Virus record (IMG/VR): IMGVR_UViG_3300008050_000022
Location: 32,001 to 96,000 of that record
DNA from: a virus
Direction: 5' to 3' (one strand)
DNA: 64,000 nt
Below, in pieces: positions 29,201 to 37,535 of this stretch. The notes beneath the pieces are model-generated. The model searched no databases and was not told where the DNA came from. It was given only the letters and a program-made list of their open reading frames with translations. The stretch's first letter is position 1, and each line of letters starts with the position of its first letter. Position numbers and translations under genes: made by a program.

Positions 29201-30986
29201 CCGCAAGCGCCTCAATCTCTACATCGGTAAGATCGAGTACAGCTCCGGGAGACACCGTGCCCGTAGTGATCTCGAACCCCAAACGGTTTCGATCCACGCC
29301 CACCACAGTACATAGAACCTCGGCCACCTTGCCTGTCGCGAGGTAAGTCACCTCCGCGATCAACACATCGCCTGAGGAGACCCCAAGCTCTTCGAAGTTC
29401 AGGGAAGTGGACACCAACGTGTGAGGGATTCGCCATTCGGCCGCCGAAAGCCCTCCTGTGATCTCCTCACGATCTAGAAGAGCTAGAGACAGCGGACCCG
29501 GTCCTACAGGGGGAGCAGGCTGCGCTTCAGAATTCTTGACCCGACGGATCGTGTACGCCTTCCCATTGACTAGCAGGACTCGGCCCTCTGCAGTGCTGAT
29601 GGTGGGAAGGGCGAAGGTCACCGATTGGGGGAAGGGGCCTCTCAGGGGCTGATCCAGGTAGTATCCGTCCCCTGCGGGGGTGATTCCGCTGATCGTGAAA
29701 CGGCCCGAGTTCGGCGAACCGTACACGTCAATAGTCCTACCGATTGCCGAGGTGAAAGCGAACCTCTCCCCGGTACGGATCTCGTACGTTCCTAGAACGG
29801 TGCCCACCCCTCCCAGACTCTCTGTCCGCAAGGTCGTGAAGTCCTCGTCAGGTAGGGGCACGGCCACTACATCAGTGAAGGGGGAGTCGTCCTCGTCTTC
29901 TACGACCGCATTGGATGCGGAGATCAGGGTGAATGCGTGCGAGCCCGAAGCACTGAACGTCTGGGAAAGGCGCAATGAGTTGTTGTTGGGGAGTCCTCCG
30001 GCAACGCCGATAGCCTCGATACGGAACACGCCGCCGCCCACTCCGGAGGGCAATCGGATTCCGTCACCCACATCCAGACCTACGACAGCGCTGAAGTCCA
30101 CTGTTGCTGACAGGGCCACGTCGCTACCCAGAACGACTGACAGGTCTCCTACAGGTCCGGAGCCCAACACCTCTACTGCTGGCGCGGGGAACACTGTGGA
30201 CCTTCGCAGGACGTAGCTCTGTAGATCGTTGCCTACTCGATCTATGACGTAGTTCCCAGCGTTGGTCCCGAGGCTGGTAAGCACTTGTAGGGTGCGGCCT
30301 GCATTCTCCTCTCTAACCGCACCCTGCAGAGCTACGAAGATACGGGAGTCCAGCACCACCCCGATCAAGGGCTCCCCTACTGCACCGGTAATGGCTGTAG
30401 ACCCGTCCGCCCGGTTCCCGAAGTGGAAGTAGTGCTGCGAGGGTTCCAGATCCAGTCGGGGCTCGTAGGCCTCCCATCGCCTCTGGTAGAGATCTTGAAT
30501 GGAAACGATCGACTTGTTGTAGTCGGTCTGGAATACGTCGAGGAGCTCCGCAGCAGCTTGCTGCATGTAAGACGACCAGAGAACTGTCAGGGCGTCGGCG
30601 TCCTCTATCCCTGACCAAAAATCCCCCAACACCCGGAAGAAGAACTTGCCGTCGGGAAGAATGTCCGTGCTGGTGGGAGCCTGGATCAGACCTACGTTGA
30701 CAACACTCTCTGCTCTAACACTGTCAAGGGTGCCGTCATTGACGACTAGTCCGACTACGTAAGGACCTCGGATGTCAGGCGAGTACGTGGCTACCCCATC
30801 CAGGATCTCTACCAGGTCTGCGTCTACCAGCCTCGAGCCCAGGGGGCGAGACACGAATGACCAGGAGTACGTGAGCGCGTCACCGTCAGGGTCTACGCTG
30901 GCTCGGCCGTCCAGCCGGACGGTCACCCCCGTCACAGCACGCTGCTCGGCTGGACGGATTACGGCGGTGGGAGGTAGTCCAGGCAC
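26271..30986 (-). CDS. Large baseplate wedge-like protein with N-terminal PKD/Ig domain and tandem beta repeats, 1571 aa
   Basis: LDGRASVDPDGDALTYSW..G.Y.V.LVVNDG (PKD); LMYAWANGP...I..G...LGLP (gpI/gp7-like); many repeats. Confidence 0.7.
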   Translation of the reverse strand: MPGLPPTAVIRPAEQRAVTGVTVRLDGRASVDPDGDALTYSWSFVSRPLGSRLVDADLVEILDGVATYSPDIRGPYVVGLVVNDGTLDSVRAESVVNVGLIQAPTSTDILPDGKFFFRVLGDFWSGIEDADALTVLWSSYMQQAAAELLDVFQTDYNKSIVSIQDLYQRRWEAYEPRLDLEPSQHYFHFGNRADGSTAITGAVGEPLIGVVLDSRIFVALQGAVREENAGRTLQVLTSLGTNAGNYVIDRVGNDLQSYVLRRSTVFPAPAVEVLGSGPVGDLSVVLGSDVALSATVDFSAVVGLDVGDGIRLPSGVGGGVFRIEAIGVAGGLPNNNSLRLSQTFSASGSHAFTLISASNAVVEDEDDSPFTDVVAVPLPDEDFTTLRTESLGGVGTVLGTYEIRTGERFAFTSAIGRTIDVYGSPNSGRFTISGITPAGDGYYLDQPLRGPFPQSVTFALPTISTAEGRVLLVNGKAYTIRRVKNSEAQPAPPVGPGPLSLALLDREEITGGLSAAEWRIPHTLVSTSLNFEELGVSSGDVLIAEVTYLATGKVAEVLCTVVGVDRNRLGFEITTGTVSPGAVLDLTDVEIEALAESLGVAGATRNGLGDLVLEGDAASLNTGVRSYQFSAMYHNIPVEFGEPVTIAGHTFYVAAQGIIRNSLILVDEKTRAIPGLREYIATPFVSLQDGDVHVASRDGALTQVPNIPVSLTENLEYVVDGEMDFSGRDGATTLGSPTFTSAAGRFLSRNVRIGDTLKVLELDYTIVQVLSETQLQVLNSLTGAAFLFTDTALPYTLERSTSGTFIRFVPGTFSVTAPAPDRLWAEVTFLDNSEVIEDNFGMMVSFSEEDLSSRNTSSTTYREAVLGLMYAWANGPKEGNIRLGVQILLGLPVADVRGQILDIKEDYSLDPDTGLPSLGRILVEDLDDDGVGTGLVRIYFFPPLNADDVVDFAGLETNPATGETYKVGDTVERFAALSKGVVVSDYVNDPDWWKGEYHQGASSAELQKYHRWSLRASIDVVNPDDLDLAAQFVKVFDPAWVDVVAKMVKPLTDDMEIQDTLYTHGKQYLTDDIFPIEATAQLDAHNGLGFHLNFLGAPPLMSRQMFAGWDLVTPDGAGATATVSSVRGGFQAPLANAPHPAYSALTVWHNDPLVRAGDLLYIPLGQNAGWYEVDSVSSDTDLVIKQHTTYPFAAPGVDGLQADTAQTFFVYRPTGYEITNGSKLTMSAGVNTVVDGLNGFYTEGVAVGDKLIIWDTANREVYTITEMINPGIGPNPWETTSGVFPWTTLRIDPTPAASSSAVYSIVRECLRTNPILSGQKNMATVAGSNQVSVAAQNFDLELLQTFDELRILDGPSAGTYQVLDVISATELYVRPPPPANYGGADWEIRRTKGLGEGGGMLLNQLKHWSLKDQLTLVMERPRAVVGALTGIADVTASGRVLSSAGTDFQAGGAAIGHYVQVVGDNSGVYKIAGVSGNDLTLETDLQTSVVPATVEVLDDDLAFTIAGDTVTYLGGDLVNNQLNPGDLFEILDGVDAGQYVISTVTAATTFDLTNAPAPAGAVTGRLLRVVR

Positions 30987-31011
30987 TAGATGCTCGTGCT
31001 AGCCTTCAGGA

Positions 31012-31290
31012 ATGCTGGTTGAAATGACTGAAGAGGAGTTGTTGGCCGCCCTTGAGGGAGAGGAGTGCATCCTAGACCAGGTGGCTCAGCCCGGACTAGA
31101 CGCTGTGAAGTCGGCAACCTGCCCGGAGTGCGGGGCTCGCCCCCTCCCCATGGTTGATCCGCACAACCCTCTGCATGCATTCTTGCCGACATTCAACTAC
31201 GTCGCCAACTGCCCGGACTGCGGGTGCCAGTTCAGCCCACAGAGTGGAGTGATACGGAAAGTAGGAGGGTTCAGCCCGATCATCACCTGA
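31012..31290 (+). CDS. Small Zn-ribbon protein, antisense to the structural operon
   Basis: CPECG...CPDCG; fills the gap between two minus-strand genes; TAGCCT 6 nt before ATG. Confidence 0.7.
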   Translation: MLVEMTEEELLAALEGEECILDQVAQPGLDAVKSATCPECGARPLPMVDPHNPLHAFLPTFNYVANCPDCGCQFSPQSGVIRKVGGFSPIIT

Positions 31291-34200
31291 ACCTTGCTGC
31301 CGTGGTCTCTTGCGTGAGCTTCAACTGCTCCCCCGGCTCCGCCGCATCGCCCGAGCCAGAAGCTATCACAGTCCCTGGAATGAAGAAGCTGATCCGGTTG
31401 CTGCCGTTGAAGAAGTAAGGCTCGTCCCCTCCCAGGCGGTCCCGAGACCTGTTCCCTACCAGCCGCCGGTTGATGTCGTGCGTAACGGCTACCAGGTAGA
31501 TGTCGTGCGCCCAGTCGTTCGCCCCGTTGTTGTCCAACACCTTCTCGATCTGCGTTGCCAGGCTCAGCGGGTCTACAGGCGAGAGAAGGTTGATCGCTGA
31601 CTGAATCTTCTCCCCCATCACTGACGGCGCGCTTCCACCGGTGTAGCGGATCTCCGCACTGATGTACGACGGCAGGAAGTGCCTTCCTACAGGGTTGGCA
31701 CAGACCGTTCGCTCCTTGGGAGAGATGAGGAATCTGTGGATCTGGTTCACTAGTGGGGAGTGATCGTACTGAATCTGCAGGCTCTGTCCGTGCAGCGGAA
31801 TCGTCTGGGTCAGACGATCTTCTCTTCCTATCGGCAAGAAGCTGGGGGAGAGCATGAGCTTCACTCTCTCGAGGGTGGAGAAGGTGAAGTTGGGATCCTC
31901 GACTTCGTAGTAGTACCCGTCTGCCTGGTACGTGCCGAACACTGCCTCGAACCGCTGCTCGGCTGGGACGTTGTGCACCTCGTCGGTTCCGAGAGCCCGA
32001 ACGGCCACGTCGAAGTAGTACAGGGCCCCTTCCCGCTGCGCCTCCATGCGGGTGGAGGAGATCCTCTGTACACCTGGACGCACAATGCGGAAAGGCTGGG
32101 TAGTCCCTGCCCGAGGTGTAGCTGCCGGGGCAGTGGGGCTCCACACGGAGAAGGTGGTGCCTGCCGTGAGAGAGGAGCCTACGCCCACTACCGTAAACCG
32201 CTTTGCCGAGCCCTCGTAGATCCGCACGGCCCTTGCTGCGACGAGCTCCGTGCCTCCAGCAGTGGTGGAGGGAGGATCGACTAGTGGGGCGGCGGTGATG
32301 GCCCAGATCACTGCATTGTCGTCAACGGTGAAACTGCCTGCAGGGATGTCAAGGTCTACATAGTTCCCGCCTGCGTGTACAGCGGTGATCTCATATGACC
32401 CGTTGGACTGGGGCTCGTCCGACATCATGATCGTCAGGAACTTGCCCACGTCCGTGGACTGGAAGGGGTTCGAGTTGTCCCAGAACCGGGAAGGGAGCGC
32501 TCCTGAGCCAGCGTAGAAGCCTACGCCGCCACTCTTCTCGATCGACAGGGTCGTCTCCGTGAGAGGTCGGTCGAGCTCGAGCTGATAGGCATTGACGATC
32601 TTGGTGACGACGTAGCCGCCCTTGTCTGCTCCACCCTCGATGAAGAAGAGGTCACCTACCTCCACCAGATCCCGCAGGTCTACAGTGGGGATCAGCGTAC
32701 GCAGAGCAAGGGTGACGACATTGCTCCCGAAACGTGTGGTGAAGGCCGGAATGTGGTCGGTGTCGTCAGTAGACGGGGCACTGGGTAGTACAAACACCTC
32801 CTCATGAATCTCGATCTCGTCTCGGTACTGCCGAATGCCCTCGAGGATGGGAGCGTCTCGGTCCGCCCCTATCAAGGTTAGCGCCGTGAAGGTGTTGTCT
32901 CCGTTGATCGTTGCTGTTCCTACTGCCAAATCTCGAGGGTACGCCTGCGGCTGAGTAACTGCTGCCTCGTCTTGGGAAGGGATCACGGGATGCGGGTCGG
33001 CGTCGGGGTCGGCGCCGAACAGCACCTCCAACGCGCCTACCGTGGTGGTGAAGAGGGTGGGTCTAGAGGCTGGTAGGACTACAGGGGTGGGATCTGGAGA
33101 CGTGGTGGGATCGTAGAAGACGACGCACCTACCGCCGCTATCCACCTCTACCGAGGTGGGCTCGGTGAAGTACAGCCGCATCGTGCCAGCACAAGTGGAT
33201 GGACCAACGCAATACGGGACGCTAGACCCGTTCATGAGACCTGCGAAGAACTCCGATGCCGTGAGGTCGAACGTCCCTGAGATGTCCATCCCCAAGGATT
33301 CCAGCGCCTCTAGGATCCACTTGAAGAATTCAACCAACACGTCGAAGGGGTCTGTGGGATCGCCATAGCTGTCGTAGCAGACGTCGAAGTCGGGAGCCTC
33401 GGGCGGAGAGGGAACGAGCGGGAACCCAAACGCGAACAGATCGCAGAAGGGCTTCCACGGGTCCACAGGGAACTGCCCTCGGATACCTACGGCGCACAGC
33501 TTCAGCACGGAGCGGAAGGCGTCCATGCCGTCTTCAAGCGAGCTGGTCAAGCTGATGAACTTCGCCTGATCTGCTGGCGACATGTTGACTAGGTCAGCCC
33601 TCGCAAAGCCCGTCACTGCCGCAGACAGGTCTACCGAATCCTCATCACCCGCCAAGGCGATCAGCAGGTTGATGAGACCGAAGACGTCCTGACCTTCCGC
33701 AGCTCCGGCAAGCATGGCCAAGCCGACGCCGCTTCCCAGAGGAGTGGTGTCGAGGGAAAGCTCGTAGACGCTAGCAACATCATAGCCCCCCGCATTCGGC
33801 CCATCAGTGAGCACGAGAGTGTCTCCCACCAGAGAGGAACACAGAGCCGGACCGGTGCGGGGCAGCATGTTCAGGATGTCTGCCACCAGCTGCTGGGCTT
33901 CAGCGCTGTCTAGCGTGTCCGGCGTGCCCGACTTGATGAGCTTGAACCAGTCCGACAGCGCCCTGAACAACTTGACCAGGTCCACATCGGGCATGGCCAT
34001 GAACAGGTTACTGCAGCAGCCGATCAGCTCCTTGGGAACACAGATCTCGAACTGCACGAAGGGGGTGAGGCCATCGGTGAGGAAGTCCCCTGTGAGCAGG
34101 GTCATGTTCCAGTTGATGACCATCTTGTCGTCTTCGACTTGGAAGATGGGCGGAGTACCTGCGATGAAGGAGGGGAAGAAGGCTGCGATGGTCGTGGTGA

Positions 34201-36529
34201 GCCAGTCAGCTATCTCGTTGACGTAGTCCTGCCCCGTCGATGGAAGGCCCCAGTTGACGGAGATCTCATCCGGATGGACCGTCACACAGAAGATGTACCC
34301 GTCGCAGTCCAAGCACTCCGACGTGTAGTAGTCCTGCCGCCCCAGCATGGACGCCGCGATGACTTCGAAGTCGGGGGCAGCTGGGTTCAAGGCCAGGAAG
34401 GAGCTCAGGCTGGGAGGGCAAGCCGCTCCCATGTTCTCGAACGCTAGCCCGAGGCTCGGAACCGTGAACCCCAGCGTTCCACATGCCGTGGTGTCCGCTC
34501 CCGTGAACGCCTGGTTAGTACGAGCCTCTACAGGCAGGGCGTAGGGCACGTTGATGTCGGAGGGCTGCCCGGTGCTATCCAGAAGCGTTACGCCCTTGGG
34601 AGGGATACGTACTAGGGGAAGCTGGATCCCCGACTGGGAGGTGTAGACCTCGTAAGTCAGGTTCGACGCGCTGTCCGTCAGTGTCCGGTCTACGATCGGG
34701 GTGGCCCCGCCGCCCAGGGTATCGAACCCCCGGATGACGTAGTCTCCGGCGTCGTCCCCGTCCTTGATCTTGATGATGTCGCCTACCGCTACTCCGTACG
34801 AGATCAGATTGACCGTGACGATGAGAACACTCGAACCGATCACCGTACTCAGATCTGCTCCGCCGACTCCTCCGAAGGGGATCTTCAAGATCTTGGGCTC
34901 GATCGGGTCGAACTCGAGGTCGGTTACGACGGAGAAGGGGAGACCGATCTCGTCAGCAACCAGATCGACGTCCAGCACTAGCTGGAGGGGTGTGACATCG
35001 AGGATGCGGTACACGCCTGCGTCAGCACCGCCCTTCAGGACTAGGTACATCCCGATCTGAACACCCAAATCCTCCCAATCCACCGTGATGTCCGAGGACG
35101 TGACGATGTTGGGGAACGCCCCAGACCCTGCAGTTACGAGCGTGGTCATGGACACTAGAGGCGACTCGTCACTGATGTTGGTGACGGACATCGTGCTTCG
35201 CACATCCTTGGTAGGCCGCACGAATACGTCGTGGTGTCCACCGATATGAACTACCTCATCTAGTATTTCGAGCTCCCCTGAGCCGGTATTGGGGGCCTGG
35301 ATCCCTCCCGGTATGTCAGAGATCGTCAGCTTTCCTGGGCCCGTAATGATCGCGTTCACGGCTGGTAGGAACCCGGGCAACGAGCCCAAGATGGCAGAGG
35401 TCGGAGTCGGAGACTTGTCCAGCCGGAACAGCAAGATGTTGGGGAGGTTGGCGATCACGTCCTGACTGTCGAAGACGATCGAGTCGATTTCGAACTTCTC
35501 TTTACTGGACGCCGGCGGCAGGCCGTACAGGAGCTTCCCGTAGTTGAGGACCACCTCCATACCTACAGCGACCTTGTCCGTCCCCAGCAGGCCCCGGTCT
35601 TCCCAACCTGCGAAGAAGAGGACGAAGGTACCAAATACGAACGCCTTGCCAGCTGCCCGTACTGACCCCTGCCCGCCCCCGGTCATGCGGTCTCGCTGCA
35701 TCTCGGGGTCGTTGTACCCAACCACCTGCACGCTGTTGATCGTAGGGAAGGATCCCGCTAGCCGGGACTCGATGCCCCTGGCGTTGGTAGTAGATCGCTC
35801 AGTCAGGGACTTCCTACCTCGAGCCACTAGCTGCGCGTTGGTCTCCCTGGACCGCCCAGTCGAGGCTCTGGCCGGGTTAGTGACTCTCACCACGTTGGGG
35901 ATGTCTTGCACCCGCACCAGTTGACCAGGAGTGATCTCGTACTGCGGTCCGGTCTGTTCTGCCCTCAGATGGAAGTCGGCGTAGTACAGGTCGCCGAACC
36001 GCTGGGCGGCCATCGTTGCCGCTGTAACAGCCTGAGGCTCGGGCGGGAAGAAGTTCAGACCGTTCGTTGTGGAGAACTGCGTGACAGGGGCCACGGAAAC
36101 GAACGTCGGGTTCGAGAAGAAGACTCGCCCGGTCACAGAAGCATACTGCCCCGTCCGCCTCTCAACGAACCAGTTCGCCATGAGGTCGTCTGCGTCGTGC
36201 TCGGTCAGTAGCTCCGACCGTCGGACAGACTGTCGCTGCTTGGAGCGGAGGATCTGCTCCTTGAGGGCCCCAAGAGTCAGAGCCAGCGGCTTCGTCACCA
36301 TGTCTGCGAAGGGACTGCCCTCGTCCACGTTGAGGCTGGGGTACTCCTGGCGGATGCGATCCTCTACGAAGGTACGCGTAGGAGTAGTGAGGGGGTCCGG
36401 CCCGAGAGCGTCCAGGATGGGGGAGATCACCTGGGAGTAGAAAGGCGACCCCTCAGCCACGTCCATAGTGGCGTCGAAGCGGAGAGCGTTGAGCTGTAGA
36501 AGCTCCTTGATGTCTTGTCGAAGAGCCAT
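31283..36529 (-). CDS. Baseplate J-like (gp6-type) wedge protein with large insertions, 1748 aa
   Basis: D.LMANWFVERR.G..A, A...G.QY.I, VTNP.....G..RETN..L..R, VVGYND.EM.RD; adjacent to the gp25-like gene. Confidence 0.8.
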   Translation of the reverse strand: MALRQDIKELLQLNALRFDATMDVAEGSPFYSQVISPILDALGPDPLTTPTRTFVEDRIRQEYPSLNVDEGSPFADMVTKPLALTLGALKEQILRSKQRQSVRRSELLTEHDADDLMANWFVERRTGQYASVTGRVFFSNPTFVSVAPVTQFSTTNGLNFFPPEPQAVTAATMAAQRFGDLYYADFHLRAEQTGPQYEITPGQLVRVQDIPNVVRVTNPARASTGRSRETNAQLVARGRKSLTERSTTNARGIESRLAGSFPTINSVQVVGYNDPEMQRDRMTGGGQGSVRAAGKAFVFGTFVLFFAGWEDRGLLGTDKVAVGMEVVLNYGKLLYGLPPASSKEKFEIDSIVFDSQDVIANLPNILLFRLDKSPTPTSAILGSLPGFLPAVNAIITGPGKLTISDIPGGIQAPNTGSGELEILDEVVHIGGHHDVFVRPTKDVRSTMSVTNISDESPLVSMTTLVTAGSGAFPNIVTSSDITVDWEDLGVQIGMYLVLKGGADAGVYRILDVTPLQLVLDVDLVADEIGLPFSVVTDLEFDPIEPKILKIPFGGVGGADLSTVIGSSVLIVTVNLISYGVAVGDIIKIKDGDDAGDYVIRGFDTLGGGATPIVDRTLTDSASNLTYEVYTSQSGIQLPLVRIPPKGVTLLDSTGQPSDINVPYALPVEARTNQAFTGADTTACGTLGFTVPSLGLAFENMGAACPPSLSSFLALNPAAPDFEVIAASMLGRQDYYTSECLDCDGYIFCVTVHPDEISVNWGLPSTGQDYVNEIADWLTTTIAAFFPSFIAGTPPIFQVEDDKMVINWNMTLLTGDFLTDGLTPFVQFEICVPKELIGCCSNLFMAMPDVDLVKLFRALSDWFKLIKSGTPDTLDSAEAQQLVADILNMLPRTGPALCSSLVGDTLVLTDGPNAGGYDVASVYELSLDTTPLGSGVGLAMLAGAAEGQDVFGLINLLIALAGDEDSVDLSAAVTGFARADLVNMSPADQAKFISLTSSLEDGMDAFRSVLKLCAVGIRGQFPVDPWKPFCDLFAFGFPLVPSPPEAPDFDVCYDSYGDPTDPFDVLVEFFKWILEALESLGMDISGTFDLTASEFFAGLMNGSSVPYCVGPSTCAGTMRLYFTEPTSVEVDSGGRCVVFYDPTTSPDPTPVVLPASRPTLFTTTVGALEVLFGADPDADPHPVIPSQDEAAVTQPQAYPRDLAVGTATINGDNTFTALTLIGADRDAPILEGIRQYRDEIEIHEEVFVLPSAPSTDDTDHIPAFTTRFGSNVVTLALRTLIPTVDLRDLVEVGDLFFIEGGADKGGYVVTKIVNAYQLELDRPLTETTLSIEKSGGVGFYAGSGALPSRFWDNSNPFQSTDVGKFLTIMMSDEPQSNGSYEITAVHAGGNYVDLDIPAGSFTVDDNAVIWAITAAPLVDPPSTTAGGTELVAARAVRIYEGSAKRFTVVGVGSSLTAGTTFSVWSPTAPAATPRAGTTQPFRIVRPGVQRISSTRMEAQREGALYYFDVAVRALGTDEVHNVPAEQRFEAVFGTYQADGYYYEVEDPNFTFSTLERVKLMLSPSFLPIGREDRLTQTIPLHGQSLQIQYDHSPLVNQIHRFLISPKERTVCANPVGRHFLPSYISAEIRYTGGSAPSVMGEKIQSAINLLSPVDPLSLATQIEKVLDNNGANDWAHDIYLVAVTHDINRRLVGNRSRDRLGGDEPYFFNGSNRISFFIPGTVIASGSGDAAEPGEQLKLTQETTAARFR

Positions 36530-37173
36530 TACGCCACCAGGTTCACTAGGGCAGCATCTCCTGCCATTGAGATCAGCTCGACCCGTCCCTGCAAGGTTCC
36601 GGACTGCGGTTCGAAGCTTACAGATACCACCCGGGCAGCGGCCAGCCTTTCATCCGCTGGGAGGGTGACGCGATTAGCCTGCAGTTCCAGGATCTGGCTC
36701 TTTGTTCGAGCGACGGCTTGAACGAACGAGGTCTTGAGGTCAGGGCGAGTTGGGGCCCCTGCTACCTGGCCCACCAGGGCCAGCAAGTTCCCTCCGATGT
36801 CGGGGCGGTACACGTCCCGGCCAGGCGTGGTCAACAGCACCTTCGTGAAGAGCTGCGCTAGAGACATGAGCCCCGACAGGAGTCCTGTCTCTAGCTTCGG
36901 CTTGATGATGCTTCGCTCCGTGAGGGTAAACGTGCTGCTAAGTACTTGGATCGTACGAAGGCGATCATCCCGAAGCTGTTCGGGACGATCAACTAGCAGC
37001 ACGGAAGAAGAGAAGATCGCAAAGGTGGTCACTACGCCGTTGAGCAGCACTTCGGTGACTTTTCGGAAGTCTACTCCGGTGACTTTGTAGAGGACGGGGT
37101 ACGTACTAGCGATCACCTCCACCCTGCTGACAGGGACTATGTCCTGGACCGAGATGATTTGCAGATCGCTCAT
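36529..37173 (-). CDS. gp25/GpW-like baseplate wedge protein
   Basis: GL..LAQ.F.KVLLTTPG.D..RP..GG.L ... ERL motif. Confidence 0.7.
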   Translation of the reverse strand: MSDLQIISVQDIVPVSRVEVIASTYPVLYKVTGVDFRKVTEVLLNGVVTTFAIFSSSVLLVDRPEQLRDDRLRTIQVLSSTFTLTERSIIKPKLETGLLSGLMSLAQLFTKVLLTTPGRDVYRPDIGGNLLALVGQVAGAPTRPDLKTSFVQAVARTKSQILELQANRVTLPADERLAAARVVSVSFEPQSGTLQGRVELISMAGDAALVNLVA

Positions 37174-37535
37174 TGTTCCTGAGTCTCCAGCTGCCGAGCG
37201 CTCTCCTTCTGCTCGGCAGCGTCCCGCAGAACCCCCCGCACTGCAGCGATTGCCCCGGTGTCCGGATCCAGCAATCGCTCTTCCAGGCTATCTAGCTTCT
37301 GTAGCACCCCTACTCCCCAAGACCCCACCGTGCGAGTGTTCTGAGACTGGGCGGTGTTTCCCTGTGCTTCCTGGTCGCTGTCTAGGAAGAGGAGCTGTTC
37401 CACGATGAGCTCCTCCATCGTAACGGCGGACAGGGCTTCAGCGGTCTCGCGGCCTCGAACAAAGGAGTACCCGTCACTGAGGGCACGTCGTACCTCCCGG
37501 GGAATGGGATCGTCATCCGACGTTTGCTCAGCCAC
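37170..37535 (-). CDS. Hypothetical protein
   Basis: Coupled within the structural operon. Confidence 0.6.
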   Translation of the reverse strand: MAEQTSDDDPIPREVRRALSDGYSFVRGRETAEALSAVTMEELIVEQLLFLDSDQEAQGNTAQSQNTRTVGSWGVGVLQKLDSLEERLLDPDTGAIAAVRGVLRDAAEQKESARQLETQEQ

